Positions 14,568 through 26,330 of a stretch of 64,000 nt of DNA are shown in pieces. The stretch covers positions 109,058,001 through 109,122,000 of the forward strand of contig OZ024742.1 of NCBI GenBank assembly GCA_964016885.1, read 5' to 3'. The notes beneath the pieces are model-generated. The model saw only the letters and a list, made by a program, of their open reading frames with translations. It had not been told where the DNA came from and did no database searches. Position numbers and translations under genes: made by a program. Position 1 is the first letter of the stretch. Every line of letters begins with the position of its first letter. This DNA comes from Eledone cirrhosa (Eukaryota).

Positions 14568-17500
14568 AAGCCAGACCCCCCCCCCACACACACGCATCAC
14601 CATTATTATTATTACGCGGACCAATCATAAGCCAGAGGCCTATACTATCGCTTGCACGGTTGCCTTCGATATATGATGGATGGATGGATGGACTGCGGAA
14701 TCCTGGAGAGTGGAAGGGAGAGAAAAATCTGGACGCTCAGAGCGAAAATGCCAATGTTAAAGTCAAATTCACCTCGTGAACGAGAATGCGAGCACTCTTC
14801 TTTGTTTCGCCCGCGGATGGCTAACATAACCCCATCTCCCCCCGCCCCTCACCACCCCCACCACCCCCACCCTCCAAACGCAATCCAAAACTTCAGAGTT
14901 GGTACCATAAATGTAGGCACCCTAAAGGGTCGCGCTAACGAGGTTGTAGAAATGCTTGATCGTAAGGAGGTCGATGTTTGTTGTATTCAAGAGACCAGGT
15001 GGAGGGGTGGGTCTGCTAGATTCATTGAGGGTAAAAAAACGATGTTATAAGCTTTTCTGGGTGGGAAACGACGATGGGCTGGGTGGAGTAGGAATCATGG
15101 TAGCAGAAAAGTGGGCAGATAAGATAATAGACGTAAATAGAGTGAACGACAGAATAATTAAAATACGACTTGTCCTCAATAGAACTACGGTGACAGTAAT
15201 ATCTGCGTACGCACCCCAATCCGGACTGCCCGGCACTATAAAAGACAGATTCTATGAGACACTGATGCTCACTACCTCCCAAATATCTGACAGTGACTAT
15301 ATAATTATTGCAGGCGACCTAAATGGTCACGTTGGGCAACATTGTGACGGCTACGACGAAATCCATGGAGGCTATGGGTTTGGTACTAGAAATGAGGAAG
15401 GCTCCAGAATCCTGGAATTCTGTGATGCAAATAACCTAACTATCTGTAACACTAACTTCAAAAAACGTGACAATCACCTGATCACCTATAGATCCGGGGA
15501 ACACACAAGCCAGGTAGATTATATCCTTACCAGAAGACGTGACAGAGTGTCTGTTGTAAACACTAAATCCCTCCCCCATGAAGAATGCACCTCCCAACAT
15601 AGACTGATAATTAGCGACCTCATAGTCAGGACGAGACGTACTCGACGGCAGAAGAGGACTATCCTCAGGAGAAAAATATGGAAGCTAAAGGACCCCACAG
15701 CCAAAAATGAATTTCAAAACATATTACTTGATGCTTTCGACAGTAAGGAAGAACATTTAGAGTCGGACAATATAGAAGGACAGTGGGAATTTCTGAAAGC
15801 AAACCTGCTGTTGGCGACAGACGAAGTCTGTGGCTGGAGCAGGCCTGTAGGCAGGAGGAGAGTAACATGGTGGTGGAACAGTAAGGTGGAGGGGTCAATT
15901 AAGGCCAAAAAGCAGGCTTGGAAAGTATGGCGGGATGGGGGAAGTAGAGTAGACTATCAAGTGGCCAGGAGGGAAGCTAGGAGAGAAGTGTACTTAGCAA
16001 GAAGGGAAGCTGAGGAAAGAAAGTTCAAGCATGTCCTACAACGCGATGACCAAAAACGTGAGGTGTTCAGGATTGCTAGGCAATGCGTCAAGGAAAACCG
16101 TGATATTGTCGGGGAGAAGTGTGTACTTAACGATGATGGCATACTTGCCATCACCGACACTGATAAGAAGGTAGCTTGGAAGTGTCACTATGAAAGGCTA
16201 CTAAATGAGGAGAATAAATGGGAGAAAGACAGTCTCCCCCATGTCGACCCAATAGAGGGACCAGCAGTGTTAGTCGAGGGGAGTATAATAAGTAAGGCAA
16301 TCAAGGATATGAAGACAGGTAAGGCGGCTGGGCCTTCGGAAATAGTTGCTGAGATGCTGAAGGCATCTGGCACGGTGGGACACACCATGGTCACCCGCAT
16401 AGTTAACCAAGTCGTACAGAATGGGGTTGTTCCGAAGGACTGGCATAGCAGCATCATCGTTAACTGTTATAAGGGTAAAGGAGACGCCCTAGATAGGAGT
16501 AACTATAGAGGCATTAAATTAATCGACCAGGTCATGAAGGTCACGGAAAAAGTAATAGCGCAACTAATCAGAGAGAGAATTGACCTAGATGAAATGCAGT
16601 TCGGGTTTGTGTCAGGCAAAAGTACCACAGACGCTCTTTTCATAGTACGACAACTACAGGAGAAGTTCCTAGCTAAAGGTAAACCCCTCTACTTAGCTTT
16701 TGTCGACTTGGAGAAAGCCTTCGACAGAGTCCCCCGCTCCATTATCTGGTGGGCTCTTAGAAAACTAGGCGTTGACGAATGGCTTGTGAGGGCTATACAA
16801 GCCATGTATAAAGAAACAGTCAGCAAGGTTAGAATTAACAACGAATATAGTGAAGAGTTTAGCGTAAAAGTTGGAGTCCATCAGGGCTCTGTTCTCAGCC
16901 CCCTACTATTTATTATTGCCCTTCAGGCTATAACAGAGGAGTTCAAGACAGGCTGCCCATGGGAACTCCTATACGCAGACGACCTGACACTCATAGCGGA
17001 ATCAATGGTCGAGCTAGAGAAGAAATTCCAAACATGGAAGCACGGCCTAGAGTCAAAAGGACTTAAAATTAACCTGGCTAAGACCAAAGTTCTAGTTTGT
17101 AGGAAAGAAAACAAGGCGGCGGTCCCTTCTGGGAAATGGTCGTGCTCGGTGTGTAGGAAAGGCGTAGGTAGAAACTCCATTTTATGTCCTAAATGCAAAG
17201 TATGGGTGCATAAAAGATGTAGTGGGATCACAGGTAAGCTAACTAAGAACATAGATTTTACATGTGGCCGGTGTTCTGGTGCAATAAGTAGCAGCAAGTG
17301 CCCACAAAATACTAGCTCTTTCAATTGCGCAGAGGGTTCTATAGAAATAGTGGACAGCTTCCGTTACCTGGGCGATAAAATCAGCAGTGGGGGAGGGTGC
17401 TCTGAAAGTACTGTAGCTAGAGTCACAACTGGTTGGAAAAAGTTCAGAGAGCTTATACCACTATTAGCTGCTAAAGGGTTCTCCCTAAAAATGAAAGGCA

Positions 17501-18293
17501 GGTTGTACGATGCCTGCATACGAACAGCAATGTTGCATGGCAGTGAGACCTGGGCATTGTGTGCAGAGGATATACGCAGACTAGAGAGGAACGAAGCTTG
17601 CATGCTCCGCTGGATGTGTAACAGTAATATACGTGAACGGCAAAGCATAAACGAACTAAGGAAAAAATTAGAGATAAGAGGGATCAGATGTTGTTTACTC
17701 GAGAGAAGGCTACGTTGGTATGGACACGTGATGCGCATGAAAGTCGATAGCTGTATAACAAAGTGCAGGGCAATAAAGATAGACGGTAGCCACGGAATAG
17801 GCAGACCTAGAAAAACCTGGGACGAGCTGATAAACTCCGACCTCACACACTTACACCTCTCCAAGACAATGTCACTGGACCGAGACCTTTGGCGGTACTC
17901 AGTAACAGAGAAGACCCGCCTTGCCAGTAGGCATCTCTAACAAAATACACCCCGTCCCGCCACCACCCCCACCAATCCACACCACCCCGTCCTATGTAAA
18001 GTTATGTTGGTGCCGCGCCATCCAGGCCGAAACAAATGAGATCGTGTAGGTGTCACGACAAAAAAACACACAGTCCACGCTGTAATGTGGCCGTGTAGGC
18101 AACACGGTAAAAACCTCCCAGACCCACACTGTAAATGTGGTTGGTGTTAGGAAGGGCATCCAACTGTAGAAAACCTGCCAGACAGTCCTATGCGAGCAAG
18201 ACAATCACTCTTGCCTCAAGTGGGACTACCCCCGTCCAAACCCATGCAAGCGTGGAACACGGACGTTAAACGTTGATGATGATGATGATGATG

Positions 18294-18294
<1 letters not shown>
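14568..18294 (+). mobile_element. RTE family A, essentially full-length LINE
   Basis: 5' UTR, single APE-RT ORF, 3' UTR, (GAT)n tail, flanked by TA tracts. Confidence 0.96.
14817..17940 (+). CDS. RTE ORF: APE endonuclease + reverse transcriptase with inserted PHD finger (~1040 aa once a single +1 frameshift at A7 15033-15039 is corrected)
   Basis: GTINVGTL, CIQETRW, SAYAPQ, AGDLNGHVG, SQVDYIL, SQHRL (APE); FVDLEKAFD, QGSVLSP, YADD, FRYLG (RT). Confidence 0.9.
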
Positions 18295-18328
<34 letters not shown>

Positions 18329-18343
18329 TATATATATAATATA

Positions 18344-18700
18344 TCATCATCATCTGTTTAACGTCCATTTTCCACACTAGCATGGGTTAGACAAGTTGTC
18401 CCATTTGAAACAAGTCAGATCAGGTGACCATGTCTTGCTCATACAAAGCTGTTTCTGGCATGGTTTCTATGGCTACATGCCCTTCCTAATGCCAACCACA
18501 TTTACAGCGTGGACTGGATGCTTTTTTATCGTGGAACCAAAATGACTACTTTACTATGTGGGCTGGGCGCTTTTTGTTGTGACACTTACACAACCACTTC
18601 AAAGTGTGGACTGGGGGGCTAGGGCAGAGTGGTGTCAGGTTATGGGTGGGCTGTTAAGATGTGGGAGGTGTATGGAAAGGGAAAGGAGGGAAGATTGGTG
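18344..18700 (-). mobile_element. Older RTE 3' UTR fragment
   Basis: tcatcatc tail; gtttaacgtccattttcc...gcatgggtt; tgcccttcctaatgccaacc motif. Confidence 0.75.
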
Positions 18701-19184
18701 CATACTGGATATATATATGATGGAGGAAGCAGTGCTGTCCGTGTTGGTGGGGATTGTCATATTAGTGGCTGTGGTTATGCTGGCAGTGGTCGCTGTGTTG
18801 TTGGTAGTTATGTTGGCAGTGGTGGTTGTGTTGGTGACAATGGTCATGTTGGCGGTGGTGAGCCTTGTCTTGGCAATGGTGGTTGTGTTGGCGATGGTGA
18901 TGTTGATTGCAGCACATTTCCTTCTCTTTCTCAGTTCACCTTGTTTTTTTTGCCTATTGTCGTCATAAAATCTTATGACTTATTTTATTGTGCAGTAGAT
19001 GCTGCTACTGATGTTGTTGTTGCTGATGTTGCTGTATCCTTTTAAATCTACTCCTCTACACCCAAACATCATGTGGTCTGACATTCACACACACACACAC
19101 GTTCACTACTTCGTGCACTTTACCACCACCCCTGCTATACCGACACAAGACATACAGTGCAAAATGCACCACACACTTACATGC

Positions 19185-20050
19185 ATACAAATATGCATTT
19201 TTGTTCTATCTTTTTCTAATCTTTTAATAAATGCAATCTGTCATAATATCTTGATATCTTCACATATCTGCAAATACACAACTTACACACATGATACAGA
19301 CTAACAGACATACACACATCACACACACACACACATGCATACAAATACATATTTTTATTTTTATTCTCTCTCTAATCTCTTAATAAATATAATCTGTCAC
19401 AGCAACGTCTTGTGATATCTTCCTACACATACACATGCAGCCCCCTACACACATACACACATACTACAGACTAACATACACATGCATACATTAATACAGA
19501 CACCCATGCATACAGATGCATTTTTGCTCTTTCTTTCTCTAATCTTTTAATAAATATAATCTGTCATAGCGATATCTTCTGATAACTTTCAATAACCACA
19601 CATACACACACACATACATGTCTGTACACGCACATTCACTAACGCACATACATGTACATGTATATGCTAACAGACATGTATATACAAAAGCGTTTTTTGC
19701 TTTTTCTATTCTCTGTAATTTTTTTAATAAATATAATCAGTCATAACGATGTCTTCCGATATTTCTTGATACCTTCTGACATCTAACGATATTTTCCCAC
19801 ATGTTCCGCTATCTCCCGACAACTAATATCTCCCAGTATCTCCTTCTATCTTTTGATATCTCCTGATATGTTCCTGTGTCTCTTCACAACTGATATTTCT
19901 TAGTATCTTCCAATATCTTATAATATCCCCTGATATCTTCTGATTGCTTCCAGTATCTTCCAGTATCTCCCAATATCTACCAATATCTTATAATTTTTTT
20001 TACATATTCTACTATCAACTAATATCTCTTGGTATCTTCCAATATCTTTG
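19185..20050. repeat. Degenerate tandem repeats (four copies of a ctaatcttttaataaat-aatctgtca unit), followed by short gatatctcc-type repeats
   Basis: Unit recurs near 19215, 19370, 19540 and 19720. Confidence 0.7.
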
Positions 20051-20367
20051 CAGATTCATTAGAATTGAGTAATTCTTCATGAGAGAGATGGATAAGGACC
20101 ATTCCAGGTCTTTTATTTTCTCCTCCTCTTCCTTCTCCTTTTCGTTCTCATCCTCCCCCTTTACTGCACCCTCTATTCGCTCTCTCTCTCCCTCTGTCTG
20201 TCTGTATATTCAACTGGCCATCTGTAATCCTTGTTTATCTGTAAGCTATATGTACTGAATGTCTCCAAAGTCACTATTTTGATAAAAGACTGGCTAATAA
20301 CAATTACGGCCATGCAATTTAGTCTGACCATGAATCCTAAGGCTGCACAACAATATTTGTTATATAT

Positions 20368-20655
20368 AATCATCATCATCATTGTTTACGTCCATTTTTT
20401 CACGCTAGCATGGGTTTGGATGAGTCCTTTTCAGCACAACATTTCTCCACTTGCCATATTTCTTTGTCATCTCCTCTGTGAGTCTCAGTGATTTGAGATC
20501 AGCTCTGACCACCTCTGCCCAGGTCTTTTTTGGTCTACCTCTTCTGCGACGACTTCCTTCCACTGGCATTTCCTGGCACTTCTTTACCTATCAGTCACCA
20601 TCCATGTGCGTCACATGTCTGTATCAAGGCAGCCTTCTCTCCTGCACACCACATG
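20368..20655 (-). mobile_element. Degenerate RTE 3' fragment
   Basis: CAT tail, gtttacgtccatttt...gcatgggtt, antisense of RLxWYxHVxRMD...GRPKKTW. Confidence 0.7.
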
Positions 20656-21086
20656 GATTCCACTATATATATATAACCTATGATCATGTAATATGCATTT
20701 GGTTGATCACAGGTGTATTGTGCACATAATATCCAGGGTGTCAAAAGATATATCACAGAGTATGTGTTGGGGGTTTACTTCACAGATAATACACAATTTA
20801 ACTGCATTGAGATCACTGAAAACAGAGCTGTATTGTTTTTGAGAAGGGTGGTGAGGGGGTAATCTTATTTTCCTAAAAAAGAATTTCTTCTCTCTTTGGA
20901 GCTTGCACTTATTTTTGTTTTTGAATCATGATAAAGTGTTGATTGAACCTATGTTTGTCAGCCATTCATTTATCTATGGGGCCCTTAACTCCTAATGGAG
21001 TTGTAGGGTCACTGTTGTGACCTGTGGCATCTCTTAGACATTTACACTGGGTGGATTTCATCCCTTTCATAACTGATTTATTTCAT

Positions 21087-21159
<73 letters not shown>

Positions 21160-21229
21160 AAAAAAGTAATAAAGGGATACAGAGGAAGAATTGCTGACCC
21201 ACTCTACCTGAGATGCTACTACTTCTGTT

Positions 21230-21610
21230 AACAACAGGTTTCTCTCTATGAACAAAAGGTTGGCTGTATGATGCCTGCATACAAAATGTGGTGTTGCATG
21301 GAAATAAAACATGGGTAGTAAAGTGTGGGGAGAAATGAAATGAGCATGCTTCAATGGATGTGTGATGTTGGTGTGCAATGAATGATGAAACATGAATGAA
21401 CTGAGAGAAAAATTGTTTAAGAGGGATAAAATGTAGTGTGCAAGAGCAAAAACTAGTATGCACTATTATGGCCATGTGATACTCATGGAGGTGGAATGTT
21501 AGGTGAAGAAGTGGCAGGAAAGCCAAGGAAAACTTTAATGAAAACAGATCTCAAAATGCCGAACTTCTCAGAGAAGATGTCAAAGGAATGCAATTTCGGA
21601 GAGCAGCAGT
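21230..21610 (+). mobile_element. Degenerate RTE RT C-terminal fragment
   Basis: Remnants of FSL..KG.LYDACI...LHG and YGHV. Confidence 0.65.
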
Positions 21611-21644
21611 GGTGGGGGAAAAAAAAAAAAAGTATATATATATA

Positions 21645-22022
21645 TATATACAATGATATTAAATAAATGGAAACTATATTTATAAAACCATATTTATTCT
21701 ATTATATATATTTCAAGGGAACCAAAAACGGTTCAAGTTATCCTTGGATAGACTATCCAACGATAACTTGAACTGTTAAGGTATATTCTCCTTGGTTATG
21801 TCAAAATTTATAAAACACACTTCGTATTTTATCTGATGATAGCGTACCAGAATTTTGGTACACTTGAAATATATATAATAGAATAAATATGGTTTTATAA
21901 ATATAGTTTCCATTTATTTAATATCATTGTATATTATACTCCAGAAAACCTGTAGAGTTCTCTGAATCAATTATAAACATTTATATTTGTTGAATTACCA
22001 ACAAATTGAATATCCCTTCTGC
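21645..22022 (+). mobile_element. Non-coding Penelope-type remnant with ~70-bp inverted repeat
   Basis: 21645-21717 is the reverse complement of 21863-21934; contains a hammerhead motif; flanked by TA. Confidence 0.7.
21825..21885 (+). ncRNA. Type I hammerhead ribozyme motif
   Basis: tattttat-CTGATGA-t agcgtacca gaattt tggtacact t-GAAA-tatata-TA-atagaata; 8-bp helix I; predicted cleavage after 21877. Confidence 0.8.
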
Positions 22023-22035
22023 ATATATATATATA

Positions 22036-22384
22036 TCATCATCATCATTTCATCATTTCATTTTACGTCCGCTTTTTTCCTGCTTGCAAGGGTGGGACGG
22101 GAACTGATTATGACTTGATTTCTACAGCTGGATGCCCTTCCTAACACCAACCTCATTTACAGTGAGTGCTGGGTGCTTTTTTGCCGTGGCACCTCCATGA
22201 CCATTTTGCAGTGGAATGATAGGGATCCCAGTCCCTATCATCTCATTTCTACAGCTGAGTAAACTGGAGCAATGTGAAATAAAGTGTCTTGTTCAAGGAA
22301 ACAACACATCACCCGGTCTGAGAATTGAACTCACAACCTTTCGATTGCAAGGCCAATGATCTAACCACTAAGCCATGTGCCTCC

Positions 22385-22386
<2 letters not shown>
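22036..22386 (-). mobile_element. Full-length tRNA-headed CORE-SINE with RTE-like tail
   Basis: A box TGGCTTAGTGG, B box GAGTTCAATTC, CORE-like block, GAT tail. Confidence 0.88.
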
Positions 22387-22466
<80 letters not shown>

Positions 22467-22489
22467 TGTATGTATGTATGTATGTATGT

Positions 22490-23073
22490 AGGTAACATGT
22501 ATCCCAGTACAACCTGTCCCATGGTCGGGTCGTTGGCGACTAAACTGGCAACCCCACCAAGGTTTCTTGGTGAGGAGGGTGACTTTGAACATCCTGCAGG
22601 ACTAAAAACAAAACCTGTCAAAGGGCAAAGGAGCTCTTAAGAGTTAATGACCATCCAAAATCACCGGGAGAGATGACCCCTTAGCCTTTGTCAAGGCAGA
22701 ATTCTAGGAGTAGGAAAACTGATATAACACCTGCAACCCTGATGGTATCCAATGATGTTGACTTGTTCTTCTTTTTGGTAAATATCATCTTGGTTAAGAG
22801 AGTGGGACTGGCTTTGTGCAGTGCCTTTGCTCACTATAAAAGCTTCACGACACAGGCATTGCTTTATATCTGCAGATCTCTCTGCACTTGTCACCAAATG
22901 GTACCATGGGCCCAGCACTATGTGTCAATAATTGTCACAAGTGTAGTGTTTGTACCAGAGTTTTCAAGTCGCTGGCTGGACTAAAAAGTCACACTCGTTC
23001 AGCGCATCGGTAGGGGTTCTCCTACATGGATATAAAGTAGTGGCCGTACTCGAAAACGAGTTGGCAGCCACCA
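22490..23073 (+). mobile_element. Internally deleted or bipartite BovB-like RTE derivative
   Basis: 22495-22660 resembles the 5' UTR at 44330-44490 (minus); the end encodes [14 protein letters not shown] followed by a tactcgaaaacgag hairpin. Confidence 0.6.
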
Positions 23074-23441
23074 TATATATATGTATGTATATATATATAT
23101 GTATGTATATATATATATGTATGTATATATATATATGTATATATATGTATATATATATGTATATATATATATGTATGTATATATATATATGTATATATAT
23201 GTATATATATACATATATGTATATATATGTATATTTATATATGTATATATGTATGTATATACATATGTATGTATATATATATATATATTTATATATGTAT
23301 ATATGTATGTATATATACATTTATATATGTATATATGTATGTATATACATATGTATGTATATATATATATATTTATATATGTATATATGTATGTATATAT
23401 ACATTTATATATGTATATATGTATGTATATACATATGTATG

Positions 23442-23472
<31 letters not shown>

Positions 23473-23492
23473 GTATATATGTATGTATATAC

Positions 23493-23532
<40 letters not shown>

Positions 23533-23700
23533 GTATGTATATACATATGTATGTATATATATATTTATATATGTATATATGTATATATATATATTTATAT
23601 ATGTATATATGTATGTATATATATATATATGTATACATATATATATATGTATGTATATATATATGTATGTATATATATATGTATGTATATATATATATGT
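23074..23700. repeat. (TA)n tract with TATTTA/TACATA higher-order units
   Basis: Seen directly. Confidence 0.97.
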
Positions 23701-23767
23701 CCGTCTAACCCATGCTAGTGTGGAAGAACGGACGTAAAACGGTGATGATGATGATGATGATGATGAT
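23701..23767 (+). mobile_element. Extreme 3' tip of RTE subfamily B
   Basis: Matches 10765-10815, plus GAT tail. Confidence 0.8.
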
Positions 23768-23783
23768 ATGTATGTATATATAT

Positions 23784-24290
23784 ATCATCATCATCATCAT
23801 CATCAACGTTTAACGTCCGTGTTCCACGCTTGCATGGGTTTGGACGGGGGTAGTCTGAGGCAAGAGTGATTGTCTTGCTCGCATAGGACTATCTGGCAGG
23901 TTTTCTACAGTTGGATGCCCTTCCTAACACCAACCACATTTACAGTGTAGGTCTGGGAGGTTTTTACCGTGTTGCCTACACGGCCACATTACAGCATGGA
24001 CTGTGTGTTTTTTTGTCGTGACACCTACACGATCTCATTTGTTTCGGCCTGGATGGCGCGGCACCAACATAACTTTACATAGAACGGGGTGGTGTGGGGT
24101 GGTGGTGGTGGGACGGTGTGTATTTTGTTAGAGATGCCTACTGGCTGTAGTAGGTTTTACTATGTATTTAGGTAAGGCGGGTCTTCTCTGTTACTGAGTA
24201 CCGCCAAAGGTCTCGGTCCAGTGACATTGTCTTGGTGAGGTGTAAGTGTGTGAGGTCGGAGTTTATCAGCTTGTCCCAGGTTTTTCTAGG
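23784..24290 (-). mobile_element. RTE family A, 3' fragment
   Basis: 3' UTR, ORF end, GAT tail. Confidence 0.93.
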
Positions 24291-24344
24291 TATGTATGTA
24301 TATATATATGTATGTATATATATATGTATGTATATATATATATA

Positions 24345-24741
24345 TGAAAATATGGGTGAGAAGAATACTGCTGATTACACATGTTATAAAATGAGTCCCT
24401 CATCAGTGATTTACCAAACGATCATGGGTATTTCATCGCATTAAAAATCATATACCTCACGTTGGAGTGATAATAACTAAAATAAGTTATTAGGACAATA
24501 GAAACGCGTAAAACGAGTGAGACAAGTAAACAACACAGGGGGAAGCTAACCGAAGATGGAAATAAACACAAGCAACATAGTTATTCTTTCAGCATAAGCT
24601 GTGTGAATATATGAGCGAGTCAGAAAACAGACCTTTCGCTAGTGAATCCAGTGTTAGAAAGAATGAAAACCGTTTTCCCAGCGAACGGGAGGAAGAAAGA
24701 AGGGGAGAAACAGGGACTGAGTGAGTGGGAGTGTGAGGAAG

Positions 24742-24793
<52 letters not shown>

Positions 24794-25804
24794 TATATTG
24801 TTATACTTTGGGAGGGTCATGTTGCCAATAAGAAACACACGCACCAGTTGCTTTCACTTCAATTTATTATAAATTTATAAATTTACAAATCTACAAACTT
24901 ATAAATTTCTGGTTGGTTGGTTGGTTCCACAACCAGATAGTTGTTTATATATAGTCATAGTCCTTTCATCACACACTCTGTGACCTCTTCAGTGACTGGG
25001 GATTCCTTTCTTTGTTTCTGTGCCTTTCCTTTCTTCTGTCCTACGCCATTTTGTTTCTGTGTGTGTGTTGTGTGCTCAGTTTGCGCATGCGCCACATCCG
25101 GGTGTCTGTGTGTGTTTGTGTTCATTTATCTATTTGTTTATTTATATACATGTTGTTGGTTGGTTGTTTGTTCTATGTGTGTGTGTGTTTTCATTTTGTC
25201 CTTAATTGTAAGTTGTGATGTTGCTGTTCCACTCATATTTTCTATTTAATTTTGGTTGTAATTCTTTTATGCTTACTGCCTCTGTAATTTGCCTAAACAT
25301 TGCATCTTTTCTGTGTGTGGATTCTATTTTTATTTCTATGTTCTCTAATTTACCCTTGTGTTCTATCTTAGCATGTTGGTAGAGTACAGATGATTCTTTA
25401 TTATCTTGAAGGTCTCGCCAGTGTTCATTTATCCGTTCCCCTATACTACGAGATGTCTCACCTATGTACACTATATTTTTGTTTCTACATTGTCCTTCAG
25501 TACATCTTATGCTATACACTACATTTCTAGTTTTACAGTTAATATGGGGGCTTATTTTACAGGTTATACATTTCTTATCTATACATGAGGGTCTTTGGAA
25601 CGGGTATGTCTTGCTAATAAGTGTTTTTACGGAGGTACCTGGTCTTTCTACTATCTTAATATTGAGTTTATGTTTATTTAGGGCCCTTCTAAATTTGTAG
25701 GCTAGTTCGCCTCTAAGGATTGTATTGATGAACATTACACTCTGGTATTTATTGCTATCATACCATGAGTTTATTCTATTGGCCTTGTTCCTATTATATA
25801 ACAA
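24345..25804 (-). mobile_element. Penelope-like element 3' portion; GIY-YIG ORF remnant at 25202-25804
   Basis: CIDKKCITC...NCKTRNVVYSIRC...YIGETSRSIGERINEH...RQITEAVSIKELQPKLNRKYEW; left boundary uncertain. Confidence 0.85.
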
Positions 25805-25879
25805 ATTAACTTATTTCAATGAAACTTTACACACAGCTAGGCACATATATAAGGTACAAAATCACTCTTTGTCGCCACT

Positions 25880-26330
25880 ATTGATGGACACTGCTTTCTC
25901 CGGGTGAGACCGGAAGCGGAAGCAGGCTTTGGTGATGGTGTCCTTGTCAATGTTGGCCATGGTGTCCCTAATGGCTGCCTGAGGGCCTCCTTGGTGCTGT
26001 TCTCCTCCATCTCCAAGAAGCTCCACACCAAATAGTCGGGAGGATTACAGTCTGGTGATGAGGGGGAGGGACATAAGTCGGGCGACCTGTGGTATAGCAC
26101 ATTGGTGAAGTGTTAGGCTTGGGTGGTCTTGGCTATATGGTTGAGGGCGGAATCCTGTTGAAAGATGTAGGGCCTCCCATTAGCAACCTTGTCCATCCAG
26201 GGCTTGATATGCTCGTACAGGAGCATCTCGTAGTTGTTGGCACCAAGGCGAACGTATTAAGACATGAACTTGAGCATCCTGGTGATACCAGAGGGCTTCA
26301 TATGAGTCTTGTGTTCTGGTCTGAAATTGT
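25880..26330 (-). pseudogene. Degenerate Tc1/mariner (maT-like) transposase fragment
   Basis: PYIFQQDSA (26150-26172) and SPDCNPPDYLVW motifs. Confidence 0.75.

Noticed and set aside
16923-17864. Recurrent antisense ORFs (MKELVFCGH..., MERCK...) in RTE copies
   Set aside because: Shadow frames of the RT ORF; they recur only because the copies are near-identical
18558-19045. Hydrophobic or Gly-rich ORFs
   Set aside because: Derived from a degenerate (GGT/GTT) simple repeat next to an RTE UTR; no domain or splice support
24370-24412. CTGATGAG on the minus strand at the Penelope 3' end
   Set aside because: The GAAA box and helices I and II are not recoverable; at most a dead remnant
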